A stretch of DNA of 64,000 nt from contig OZ241867.1 of NCBI GenBank assembly GCA_965203175.1, positions 1,760,001 through 1,824,000 on the forward strand, read 5' to 3'. The position numbers were made by a program, and so were the translations under genes. Below, piece by piece: positions 43,835 to 53,195 of this stretch (within the stretch, counting starts at the first letter, position 1; each line of letters begins with the position of its first letter). Source of the DNA: Candidatus Latescibacterota bacterium. GTDB lineage: Bacteria > Latescibacterota > UBA2968 > UBA8231. The notes beneath the pieces were generated by a model, which saw only the letters and a program-made list of their open reading frames with translations, ran no database searches and was not told the origin of the DNA.

Positions 43835-44433
43835 AGTTTTGTCCGGTCTGTAAGCCCGTTTATTCTTCGCCCTGCCAATAGTCGGATTTGCTGCACAATG
43901 TCATCTATGCTGGGGGAGTATTGTCCCTCTGTTGAGACGTGAACTGTAGGCACGTTGAAATCCGGAGCTGTATAGTCGTCAGGAGGCGACAGCTCACCTG
44001 TTTCCCTGTAGATTTCAACGCGCTTATCGCCGTGGTAGAACTCCCGATTTGGATCATCCAGACCCCGCTGGAGATGGCGTTGAGCCGCCACCATCCCGTC
44101 AACAGAGCAGACGACCATGAAAGGAGTGCACAATTCAAGGATCTTGGGCATCCTCGGTTCCCAAACCCGGTGCTGAAAGGCCGCCTCAATAACGATAGAG
44201 ATCTTACCGGCGAGGTACTGATTGACTATCTCGAAGAAAAAATTGGAGACTACGCCATTGGTGTCCGGCGGAAGCTGATCGTGCTTGACGCCATGGGTAT
44301 TGACATAGCCTTCCTTGATCTCGTCGCGACTGATAACCGGCATCCACAATTGCTCGGCGAGCCTCTTGGCTAAACTCGTCTTCCCTGATCCCGGCCGGCC
44401 TGTGACGATAATGCATTTAGGTTTACTGCTCAT
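43831..44433 (-). CDS. AAA_33-type P-loop kinase
   Basis: GRPGSGKT, ISRDEIKE. Confidence 0.8.
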   Translation of the reverse strand: MSSKPKCIIVTGRPGSGKTSLAKRLAEQLWMPVISRDEIKEGYVNTHGVKHDQLPPDTNGVVSNFFFEIVNQYLAGKISIVIEAAFQHRVWEPRMPKILELCTPFMVVCSVDGMVAAQRHLQRGLDDPNREFYHGDKRVEIYRETGELSPPDDYTAPDFNVPTVHVSTEGQYSPSIDDIVQQIRLLAGRRINGLTDRTKL

Positions 44434-44495
44434 TAGGCCAAGCTCCCGAAGTGAGCGCTGCGTGAATTGCTGTGTTATCCGCCGATGAATGTTCC

Positions 44496-44969
44496 TCAAT
44501 CAATAAATGCATCGGATGAGGAATTAGGAAACGCAAGATTGCGTAGGTCGATTCCTCCCATGACAACCGATTTGAGATTTATGAGGGCAAAGGTCCACGG
44601 CGCAATGTCTAAGAGCTGGGCATCCTCTCCTTCTGACGTCTTGGGATAGGTTGCCTCTAGAGAAAAAACGACAGGATTTTCACTTTCAATAGAGTACCGG
44701 ACCTTCGCTCCTTGTACTACAGCATCCCAATCCATTTCCACGTAGTGACCTTTTTTGATCTCGAGAATTCTATGTTCCTCATCAGGCTCACTGCCCCACC
44801 AGCCGCACTGTATGGTCTTTCCTTTTTCAAAGGTGCCTGTACAGGAGGTGGGAAACCAAGTCACGTATCCTTCGCAAGTCCCAATTAAGTCCCATACGGC
44901 TTCTTTGGGGCATGAAAGTACCATTTTAAGCCTAATTGAATTGTCTACTAGGTACGGATTCTCCACCAA
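44496..44969 (-). CDS. SRPBCC/AHSA1 domain protein
   Basis: PKEAVWDLI..WF; WTFALINLKS..GGIDLRN. Confidence 0.75.
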   Translation of the reverse strand: MVENPYLVDNSIRLKMVLSCPKEAVWDLIGTCEGYVTWFPTSCTGTFEKGKTIQCGWWGSEPDEEHRILEIKKGHYVEMDWDAVVQGAKVRYSIESENPVVFSLEATYPKTSEGEDAQLLDIAPWTFALINLKSVVMGGIDLRNLAFPNSSSDAFID

Positions 44970-45117
44970 TCAATTCTCCTATAACTTAATGGGCATTCCG
45001 CCGGCTGCGAACCGTATCAAGGACCGTCGCATCTTTGCCTCCTTTCCATATCCTAAAAGATGTGGATCGATTCATATCCAAGTTTGACTCTGGCCGGCTC
45101 GGCGTAATACAGATTGC

Positions 45118-45735
45118 TCAATCGAAATCAGTTGGTAAATCTGGCGACCTCAAAAACTCGAAAAAACGGTCGATCTGAGCAGAAGTTACTCTACCTGTGG
45201 ACAGTTCAGGGATGGCATCTTGCTTGAAGAAATCGACACCATCCGTTTCATAGCTTGTAGATGGGCTTCCACCTAGGATTTCGCAGTGAAAGAAAAGCTT
45301 ATAGACGTGATACGGGTGAGGAGGGTGAGGGTGTTTGTTTCGGTCATAGCAGGCTAGTAGCTTCAGCGCTTTAGCCTGGTAGCCCGACTCCTCGAAGACT
45401 TCGCGTGCCACGGACTCGCTCGGCGACTCGTTGACATCGACCCATCCCCCAGGCAACGTCCACTTACCATCTGCTCGCTCTCTGACCAGCAGAATAGCAT
45501 CTTCGTTGAAAACGACACCCCGCACATCGACTTTGGGCGTTGCGTGGCCATGCTCACCAGCAAACAGATCCCGAATTCTTGGCAGATCTGAGTCCGTGTA
45601 ATTTTGCAGAATCTCCAACGCAAGTTCGCGTAGCTCCTCGAATCGCTCGATATCAAAGGGATCCTTGGAATACGTTAGACCATTCTGACCTATCGCCTGA
45701 AGTTTTCTTGCCCAGGTGAGCCAATTAGGTTCCAT
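45118..45735 (-). CDS. NUDIX hydrolase (ADP-ribose pyrophosphatase-like)
   Basis: GLTYSKDPFDIERF, TPKVDVRG, WTLPGG..REVFEESG. Confidence 0.92.
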   Translation of the reverse strand: MEPNWLTWARKLQAIGQNGLTYSKDPFDIERFEELRELALEILQNYTDSDLPRIRDLFAGEHGHATPKVDVRGVVFNEDAILLVRERADGKWTLPGGWVDVNESPSESVAREVFEESGYQAKALKLLACYDRNKHPHPPHPYHVYKLFFHCEILGGSPSTSYETDGVDFFKQDAIPELSTGRVTSAQIDRFFEFLRSPDLPTDFD

Positions 45736-45829
45736 AGTCGGCTAAGTACATTCCTTTATTTCCGGTTCGAATAACGTTTTCGCCGTGCCCGAGCCGCGCA
45801 GCGGTTGGGCGGATCCACTCGCGTCCACA

Positions 45830-46966
45830 CTAGTTAGCCGCGCTGATGCACATTTGAGCGATCGCTTGCGCTATCGGCTCGGTTCTGCCTATGTCCACAG
45901 CCTCAGGCCACCTATCTGCTTGGTGGCGCAACAAGGCATTGGGACTAAGCACTGAGACATAGCGAGCGCGGTGTTTGAAGATTGACGAGGCTTCGCCTGT
46001 TGGCGGATCACCTACGGGACGCTTGCGATCCAATGAAGCCCCAGCGTCCCGAAGCTCGTTCTCCGCCATCGTCGCCAAGTCAGTGTCCGAAGCCTGTAGC
46101 CAGAGACATGCACCGAATGCAGCACCGATACTCGCACCAATGTGAATCCAGGTTGAGGCCGCAATCTCCGAGTCATCCAAGGATTTCATGGCATGCTTGA
46201 GTCCGATGTGGCCCAGCTCATGCCCGGTCGTGGCAATGAACCGAACGTCCCTACGGCAGCGCGCTGACTGAAGCGCTCCGAGTGAATTGAGCCACACTGC
46301 TAGTCCGGTCCCGCGTTCTGAAGCGCACTGCCACCAACCGCTGCGGGCGGTTAGCACGACGAGAGGGGCTAGGCTTGCGTCTGAACCACGTATCCTGGCC
46401 TCGACGTTGAACGCTTGGGTCGGCGTCCTGCTGGCACTGGCCACGAAGTGTGTCTCGGCTCCGATAAGCGCTTCAATGCGCACGACAGCTTCCGGTGGCA
46501 GATGGAGTACGGGTGGCCCAAACGGACTGTCGAACGCAGGGGCATTCGGTAGTGCCATGCCTTCCTCGGCGTGCTTGCTTTGCCGCGCCACAGATATGAT
46601 AGCCACATGCTCCCCAGATTGCCGCGCCTCCATAAGAGCAGATGCAGAGTGCTCAGGGAGACGAACGCCAATTGGATGGTGTGAGCCGAGCCGCCCCATC
46701 GTCCCTGAAACTCCCTCGCTGGACGTCTGGCCACCATCGTACTGAATGGATCCTTCAAACACCTCGCCGTCGATCGCTAGCTGTCCTACCTCCTGATCAA
46801 CTCGAGCCATGTCGAAGCCGATCAGATTCGGTTCGGCACCGAAGCTCTCTATCGAACTGGCCAACCAATGAGCAGAAGCCACATCGACATCAGATCCACA
46901 GCGGTGCTCTCCTTGTGCATCGTGGTCACGAATGAACGCGGCGGTTTGATCTTGGGACGAACTCAA
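45830..46966 (-). CDS. Hypothetical protein, M28 peptidase-like
   Basis: HRCGS, NVEARI, ERGTG, GHELGH. Confidence 0.55.
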   Translation of the reverse strand: MSSSQDQTAAFIRDHDAQGEHRCGSDVDVASAHWLASSIESFGAEPNLIGFDMARVDQEVGQLAIDGEVFEGSIQYDGGQTSSEGVSGTMGRLGSHHPIGVRLPEHSASALMEARQSGEHVAIISVARQSKHAEEGMALPNAPAFDSPFGPPVLHLPPEAVVRIEALIGAETHFVASASRTPTQAFNVEARIRGSDASLAPLVVLTARSGWWQCASERGTGLAVWLNSLGALQSARCRRDVRFIATTGHELGHIGLKHAMKSLDDSEIAASTWIHIGASIGAAFGACLWLQASDTDLATMAENELRDAGASLDRKRPVGDPPTGEASSIFKHRARYVSVLSPNALLRHQADRWPEAVDIGRTEPIAQAIAQMCISAAN

Positions 46967-47110
46967 CTATCTCTCCATTGTGCGAAATACCCCGACGTGC
47001 ATCTGAACTCGAAGACGGAATAGTTCTAAAACCGCTCGAACAGCCGCAGGGCTCTCTGAGTATTGGCCACAAATGAGCGTTACAGAGTCGTACATTTTCA
47101 TGACGGGTTC

Positions 47111-47680
47111 CTAATCATATTTGCCCAGTCCTTTCTTCCACTCTTCCACCAATAAACCAGTAATATGCTCGTGCTTTATCTCTCCATCAGCCATGCAGCG
47201 GAACGCTTTCCGTCTCATTCCTTCCACTTTGTAACCGAACTTCTCTTGCATCTTCAACGAAGACGTATTTCCTTCGAAGAAGCCGTTGTCGAGTCTCCTC
47301 AATTTGAGCTCCTCAAACGCGAATCGGATCTTCTCACCAAATGCCTCTGCTCCGTATCCGTGCCCTTGGTAGTTTGGGTTTAGCCATATACCTCCTCCGG
47401 CAGTCCCGTGTATTCTGCTGATCCTATCCAAGGCCACACCCCCAATCACTTTCTGCTCGGATTTAAGCTCGATAGCAAAATCATAGGAGTTTCTATCTTC
47501 GCCCTTTGAAACGTTATCAATACAGCGATTTATCCACTCTTCGGCATGTCGCCGGGTGTATGGATGCGGAACAAAGGCGAGCCATTTTGCGACCTCTATA
47601 TTGTTGAGGCCTTCAACAATATCGTCGATGTCGGCCTTGATCCAGTCTCTCAGTATCAAACGTTTGGTCTCTAATCTCAT
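47111..47680 (-). CDS. GNAT acetyltransferase (RimJ/RimL)
   Basis: LETKRLILR, QGHGYGAE, KFGYKVEG. Confidence 0.9.
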   Translation of the reverse strand: MRLETKRLILRDWIKADIDDIVEGLNNIEVAKWLAFVPHPYTRRHAEEWINRCIDNVSKGEDRNSYDFAIELKSEQKVIGGVALDRISRIHGTAGGGIWLNPNYQGHGYGAEAFGEKIRFAFEELKLRRLDNGFFEGNTSSLKMQEKFGYKVEGMRRKAFRCMADGEIKHEHITGLLVEEWKKGLGKYD

Positions 47681-47731
47681 TTGACTCTACCTAGCAGCGC
47701 AAATCGCTGTGTTGCCTGAACACTAACGAGA

Positions 47732-48187
47732 CTAATCCAGAATTTTGGGCAACTCACTTAGCGAGTGAATCGTAAAATCGGGATCGCCCGTTTCGTCGTT
47801 GGGCACAAGATCGGCGAATTTCCCATTTTGCAACCAAACCGTTGTCGCTCCTGCTGCATTGCCCCACGCAATCCCTCGTATTATGTAGTCATCCACAACA
47901 ACCACCTCGTTGGCTTTAAGACCGACTTTTCTCAACAGGGCCTCATATTCCTTTGATTTGGCGTCGCCGCTTGCGGTGAAGACGATTTCCTCAAAGTGAT
48001 CGAGAATACCCTTCTCTCGCAATGCCTCGATGCGGTCCTCTTCCTCATCCGCAGGAGAGACAGATACGATACTGAGTCGGTACTTCTCAGCTAGCGTTCT
48101 TACGACGGGGATTGCGTCGGGGAAGAAATCGTCGGTTTCTCGATCGTATAGGGTGCGGCCATAGTCAAAGATTATCATCTTAGCCAC
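47732..48187 (-). CDS. HAD family hydrolase
   Basis: IIFDYGRTL, VVDD, PDFTIHSLSEL; GTG start with AGGAG RBS. Confidence 0.8.
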   Translation of the reverse strand: MAKMIIFDYGRTLYDRETDDFFPDAIPVVRTLAEKYRLSIVSVSPADEEEDRIEALREKGILDHFEEIVFTASGDAKSKEYEALLRKVGLKANEVVVVDDYIIRGIAWGNAAGATTVWLQNGKFADLVPNDETGDPDFTIHSLSELPKILD

Positions 48188-48223
48188 GGCAAATATCTCC
48201 TTTGGTCTCTGAGCGAGCGGGAA

Positions 48224-48345
48224 TAAAACCAAATTGGTCTCTGACCGATAGGATTCCAGATACGTACCTCGGACACCAGAACCGAGATCTCCACGGCGAT
48301 ATTCTGGACGCAGATCGTCTGGATCAGCCTTCTTCATAGATCTCA
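48224..48345 (-). pseudogene. BrnT-end / antitoxin-start remnant
   Basis: EIYEEG* overlapping MKKADPDDLRPEYRRGDLGSGVRG..TNLVL, truncated. Confidence 0.55.
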
Positions 48346-48350
48346 GTCGT

Positions 48351-48566
48351 TCACTTAGCCCGTTTCCATTTTTGTACGGACCCATCTCGTCTGTGGATGA
48401 CGACATCCCCGCCCTCTGAGATTTTGATTGCGATTTTTTCGGCAGCGGACTTGGTACTGTAGATTTTTGAAGCTTTGGAATTCCCTTCCTTTTTCACTGC
48501 CCAACCATCTTTTCTTGATATAACATGCACTCTCTTGCAACTGGTCGCTTGTGACTTTCTTGCCAT
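48351..48566 (-). CDS. DUF2188 domain protein
   Basis: HVISRKDGWAVKKEG..VVIHRRDG. Confidence 0.85.
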   Translation of the reverse strand: MARKSQATSCKRVHVISRKDGWAVKKEGNSKASKIYSTKSAAEKIAIKISEGGDVVIHRRDGSVQKWKRAK

Positions 48567-48759
48567 GGTAGGTCTTTCTCACCCTCGTAGGTATTTATCT
48601 AACTGACGTTACGCAGCTTTTGTCCCAACTTCCCATTCCTGTATCCTTTCCGCTACACTCCAGCGCCTCATATCCCTCTCCTTCCCTCTGAACCGCCGCC
48701 GTGGCACGATTCTTGCCTGTTGCGGGTACCATCCCCACCCGCAACCCAAGGCATGTCTC

Positions 48760-49647
48760 ATGGCTGAATTCGACACCATCGCCAAACATCTCATCCACAC
48801 CTACCCCCATGACTTCGCCCGCTTCGCCCTCCACCAAGACGACGTCGAGGTACTCGACGTGATCGACACCGAACAACCCACCGTCGAAGCCCACCGCACC
48901 GACAGCCTCCTCCGCGTGCGCGTCGGCGGCGAGGAGGCTCTGGTCCATCACGAGTTTCAAACCACCGATAGTAGTCCGCCCATGCCGCAGCGCATGGCTG
49001 GCTATATCGGGCGTGCCATCGAGCAGCACGGCCTACCCACCTACTCCACCGTCATCTATCTGCGTCCCGACGCGGGCCGGAATGATCCGGGGCACTATCT
49101 CCAAGGGCGGCACGGCTTCCACGTGTTGGTGCAATACCAAGTGATTCGGCTGAGTGAACTAGACGGCCAACGTATGCTCGACGCGGAGCATTCGGGTTTG
49201 ATTCCGTTTGCGCCGTTGATGCAGCAGCCGGCGGGTGTGGATGCCGAGGCATGGCTGCGCCAGTGCGTCCACCGGGCGCAAGCCGTACCGATGGACGAGA
49301 CCCTCAAGGCGAATTACTTGGCCAATCTTGCGATCTTGAGTGGTTTGGTGTATAGATTAGAAACGGTTATGACCATCATATCGGAGGCAACCATGTACGA
49401 ATCGTCGGTAGTGCAGTATTTCACGGAAAAGGGCATCAAGCAAGGCATCGAGCAAGGAGGCCGAGAACGCGCCATTGAAGATTTGCTCGACGTGCTGGAA
49501 ATCCGCTTTGGGCTGGCCGCGTCGGATCCGTTGGCCGCTCGCATTGGGGCCATTGACGATCTGCAACGCCTCAAGCAGTTGCACAGAGCAGCCATACAAG
49601 TCCCAAGCCTCGAAGCCTTTACAGACCTATTAGATGCCGACGAGTAA
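48760..49647 (+). CDS. Rpn family recombination-promoting nuclease / PD-(D/E)XK transposase-like
   Basis: RTDSLL..HHEFQT..MPQRMAGY; C-terminal EKGIKQGIEQG. Confidence 0.85.
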   Translation: MAEFDTIAKHLIHTYPHDFARFALHQDDVEVLDVIDTEQPTVEAHRTDSLLRVRVGGEEALVHHEFQTTDSSPPMPQRMAGYIGRAIEQHGLPTYSTVIYLRPDAGRNDPGHYLQGRHGFHVLVQYQVIRLSELDGQRMLDAEHSGLIPFAPLMQQPAGVDAEAWLRQCVHRAQAVPMDETLKANYLANLAILSGLVYRLETVMTIISEATMYESSVVQYFTEKGIKQGIEQGGRERAIEDLLDVLEIRFGLAASDPLAARIGAIDDLQRLKQLHRAAIQVPSLEAFTDLLDADE

Positions 49648-49685
49648 GGTCGCCGCGTAACGTCAGTTATCTAAATCTTCTGCAC

Positions 49686-49806
49686 ACTGTTTGTACCCGA
49701 ACAATTGATTCGGGTAATCCCCTTATCTGACCCGAAGGTACGTATCCGTGTAAACAGTCGCAATCAATACCGCGAGGTTGGGGTATTCTACGTAACCCCT
49801 TGCAAT
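49686..49806. repeat. attC-like palindromic repeat (copy of 42960-43071)
   Basis: Direct repeat with internal dyad CTGTTT(G)TAC...GTGTAAACAG. Confidence 0.8.
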
Positions 49807-49807
49807 C

Positions 49808-50599
49808 TCAACAGTTTCCGTCCTCCAGATCAGAGGAGGGCTGCACTCGATACCAATACCGGTACGACTCGCTGAAACCATACTTGCGTTGTAGAGTTAG
49901 GGCTGGCTCGTTGTTCGCCATCACCTGCAGGTATGCCAGACGCGCCCCCTGCTCAAATCCCCAGTTGAGGCGGGCCTCAAGGAGCCCACGGCCGAAGCCC
50001 TGACCCCGATGCTCGGGATCCACCATCAAATCAAAGAGCCCCATGATTGAGCCCGAAACAACGGCGCGGGCGCAGCCTACGGATTGGCCATCAGTCCGGG
50101 CGACAACATAGGCCGAAGGAGTGGGGATCGCGTTGAGCAAACTGCGAAATATCTCAGCGTGCTGATTGCGACCGGACAGACGTATCCAAGTTTCGAGCCA
50201 CTCATCTGTTGCCCCTTCGTATAGCGATATGGCAGGGGAACTAGCGGGACGGGCCTCAAGCCGCATGGTTTGAACCAGTGTATCGGCGTCTTTCGAGTAC
50301 TGAAGCTGCGCCAAGGTCTCGTCCAAATCCTCAGGCTGACAGGCAGGGAAAATCTTGAAAAGACAAGGTAGCGATGCCCGCGCGTACGCCGCTTCACAAT
50401 GAACCAGCTTCTCTTGGAGCGGGGATGTGGATTCATACAGCGGGACTACACAGTTGGCACGGCGACTGTATCCCTCAGCCATTCGAACGATCCAGCCGTC
50501 GTAGAACTCTGTTTGCAGCGCGGGTAGCCCGTTCAGTGCCGCCTCTTCCAGCCTTGCTACAAGCTCTGGACTGTTCGTTGAATCAAGTGCTGTCGTCAT
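49808..50599 (-). CDS. GNAT acetyltransferase
   Basis: DGWIVRMAEGYSRRAN, HRGQGFG, YLQV..NEPA. Confidence 0.88.
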   Translation of the reverse strand: MTTALDSTNSPELVARLEEAALNGLPALQTEFYDGWIVRMAEGYSRRANCVVPLYESTSPLQEKLVHCEAAYARASLPCLFKIFPACQPEDLDETLAQLQYSKDADTLVQTMRLEARPASSPAISLYEGATDEWLETWIRLSGRNQHAEIFRSLLNAIPTPSAYVVARTDGQSVGCARAVVSGSIMGLFDLMVDPEHRGQGFGRGLLEARLNWGFEQGARLAYLQVMANNEPALTLQRKYGFSESYRYWYRVQPSSDLEDGNC

Positions 50600-50627
50600 A
50601 GGTTTCGGTATGCCTATATTCGTTCGT

Positions 50628-51035
50628 TCATCCTGACTCAACTGGACCAATTTTCGCTATGATCGAGCGCAAATCTGGATCTGAAAACAGATCTGACTTC
50701 AATACTTTGCCGTCCTCCCTGAATATCGGCTTGCCCTGCTCATCTAGCTTGCTCATGTTGCTGCGGTGGACTTCAGCAAATAGCTCTTCGGCAATGTCCT
50801 GCAGACCATGCGTGATGAACGTACCCAGCAATACGTAAAGCATGTCGGTAAGGGCGTCTGCGATCTCGACGATGTCGTGGTTATGTACGGCCGCTCGATA
50901 TTCGTCTAGCTCCTCCAAAAACATCTGGATACGCCCTTGGCTTATTTCCGCCGGCACCGTTGCCGTAGGCGTGCGCTCCATGTATGCTTGGAACACTTCG
51001 TGAAAACATCTGACGCTATCAAGCTGGTCTTTCAC
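50628..51035 (-). CDS. MazG-like NTP pyrophosphohydrolase (PRA-PH family)
   Basis: EELDEY, EIADALTD, EVHRSNMSK..REDGKVLK. Confidence 0.88.
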   Translation of the reverse strand: MKDQLDSVRCFHEVFQAYMERTPTATVPAEISQGRIQMFLEELDEYRAAVHNHDIVEIADALTDMLYVLLGTFITHGLQDIAEELFAEVHRSNMSKLDEQGKPIFREDGKVLKSDLFSDPDLRSIIAKIGPVESG

Positions 51036-52079
51036 TTGGGATCTCCTGACAGTTCTGCAATTTATTGGATATTTTGTCAAAATCCTTGATTGAACAAATG
51101 TATAGCATTATATTCATTAAAATTAAGTTAAAACTTAGGAGGGTAAATAACCAATGGCAAAGCAAACACCCAAAGATAATTTGCCTCTTGATCAGATATA
51201 TCAGGGAAATTGTCTCACTCTTTTACAAAGTCTCCCTGATGATTGTATTGACTTGGTTGTGTCCTCGCCTCCTTATAATTTGGGTAAGGAGTATGAAGCC
51301 AGAATGGCTTTGGAACACTACCTTGAAGAGCAGACAATTGTTCTCCAGGAGTGTGCACGTGTTTTAAAGTCTATAGGATCCATTTTTTGGCAAGTCGGTG
51401 CTTTTTCTGACAAAGGCATGTTGGTTCCTTTAGATATTCGTTTTTTTCCTATCTTTGAGTCAATTGGTTTAATTCCTCGTAACCGGATCATGTGGGTTCG
51501 TCAACACGGTCTACATGGTAGGAGAAAATTCTCTTGTCGCCATGAGACTATCTTATGGTTTACAGCTTCTGATGATTATTTTTTCAATCTTGACTCTATT
51601 AGAGTCCCACAGAAATGGCAAAATAAAAAGCATTATAAAGGAGAAAAACGCGGCGAATTTTCTTGCAATCCTGACGGCAAAAATCCAGGAGACATTTGGG
51701 CTTTCCGAAACGTAAAACATAACCATGAAGAACAGACAATTCATCCATGTCAATTCCCTGAGGACTTAATTGCCCGCATAGTATTGAGTAGTACAGAACC
51801 CGAAGGGATAGTAGTGGACCCCTATATGGGAGCTGGAACAGTCGCTGTGGTAGCTCGGGATTATGGCCGTCATTTTATCGGTGCAGAACTTGATGAGAAA
51901 TATCATAATATAGCTACGAGACGTCTTAAGGGAGAACCGGACGAAAATGGTATATTCCCTAATCTTAAAACACTAAGAGATTATGTGGAAAAAACTGGAG
52001 AGCCAATTGAAAAATTCCGATTTGATGTTCAAGTCGGTAGTACGCCTACCGAGAGAAGTAAAGCTAAAATATATCCTGA

Positions 52080-53009
52080 GAAGCCGTCTGAAAACTATAT
52101 TTTTCACTTGATCCGTTTGAGTATCAAGTGGATCATGGCAATCTGAATCAAGGCCTCACTATGGCAGGTCAACACCTCATAATCTCTCGCATGACGACGA
52201 AAATTCATCAACCACGCAAACGTACGCTCAACGACCCAACGCCGTTTGAGTACGGTAAATCCACCGCCTTGTTTGGCGACGACTTCCAAGTCAATCTTGT
52301 GCGTCTTTTTTATGTCGGCTACCCACGTTCGGATCGCCTCACCTTGGTAGCCCCCATCGACCCACAGTTTGCGCAAGCGGGGTACGTCGGGGGTACTATA
52401 GCGGGTCAACACCTGCTTTAGGCCGTCGCGGTCGTCGACATCGGCGGCGGTAACCACCACCTGTCTAAGCAAGCCCGAGGTGTCAACCAACAGATGCCGC
52501 TTGCGTCCTTGAATCTTTTTGCCGGCGTCATATCCGGTTGTTTTACCTTGGGTTGCCGTCTTAATTGTCTGACTGTCGATACAGCCTGCCGACGGCGTGG
52601 ATACCCGGCCTTGTCGGCGACGTTCCCGTTGGCTGAGTTGATCCAACACCTGCGGCCAGACCCCTTGGAGCGTCCAGCGACGAAAGTAATCATACACGGT
52701 TTTCCACGGCCCAAAACAAATAGGCAACAACGCCCAAGGACACCCCGTCTTGGTCAAATACAAAAGGCCATTGACCATCTGGCGGCGATCCCGCGGGGGC
52801 CGACCCGGACCGTTCGGCCACCACCTCGGAGCCGGCAGTAACGGTTCGATCCGCTGCCATTGCGCATCGGTTACATCGGTAGCATATTGCATTCGCGGCG
52901 TACTCATCATAAGAGCCTTTCTATTCAGATTTTGTCGTGAAACCTGAATATGGCCCGATGAGTACGCCGTTTCAAATTCAGACCACAGCAAGGGTTTTCA
53001 GACGGCTTC
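52080..53009 (-). mobile_element. IS5 family element (IS1031-group-like)
   Basis: 16-bp IR GAAGCCGTCTGAAAAC, 3-bp DR TGA. Confidence 0.92.
52104..52910 (-). CDS. IS5 transposase
   Basis: TGCPW, IDSQT, GRKRH, DGGY, RRWVVERTF. Confidence 0.92.
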   Translation of the reverse strand: MMSTPRMQYATDVTDAQWQRIEPLLPAPRWWPNGPGRPPRDRRQMVNGLLYLTKTGCPWALLPICFGPWKTVYDYFRRWTLQGVWPQVLDQLSQRERRRQGRVSTPSAGCIDSQTIKTATQGKTTGYDAGKKIQGRKRHLLVDTSGLLRQVVVTAADVDDRDGLKQVLTRYSTPDVPRLRKLWVDGGYQGEAIRTWVADIKKTHKIDLEVVAKQGGGFTVLKRRWVVERTFAWLMNFRRHARDYEVLTCHSEALIQIAMIHLILKRIK

Positions 53010-53195
53010 TGAAGAATATCATCTACAAGAACTTGAAGGACGATTAGAATACGAAGAAATGGCTTTTGGGGCAGATTTACGAGGTGAAGAACGTCCTATT
53101 GATACCAAGCTAAATGGCGGTGTTCCGAAAAAAAGAAAGAGTAAATCCGATACTATTTCCTACCAGCAAGGGCCCTTATTTGAGTAAACTTTAAT

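Larger units (their letters stand above)
30184..51035 (-). other. Integron-cassette-like gene array with decayed attC sites (no integrase in window)
   Basis: About 25 small co-oriented genes; core-site remnants at 30184, 33843, 41002-41100, 42955-43137, 44474, 44979, 45769, 47711, 48600, 49655. Confidence 0.55.
51154..53187 (+). pseudogene. N4/N6 DNA methyltransferase (M.BglII-like) interrupted by IS5
   Basis: SPPY, HPCQFP, DPYMGAGT; frame resumes after the IS (EEYHLQELEGRL...FE*). Confidence 0.85.

Noticed and set aside
47732-48406. 224-aa antitoxin-HAD fusion protein
   Set aside because: Chance in-frame junction of remnants; the HAD gene has its own RBS and GTG
42960-49806. Repeats as a CRISPR array
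   Set aside because: Only two copies each, kilobases apart, no spacer periodicity and no cas genes
51050-51080. TTGACA at the head of the minus-strand array as an array promoter
   Set aside because: Perfect -35 but no convincing -10 at 16-18 bp
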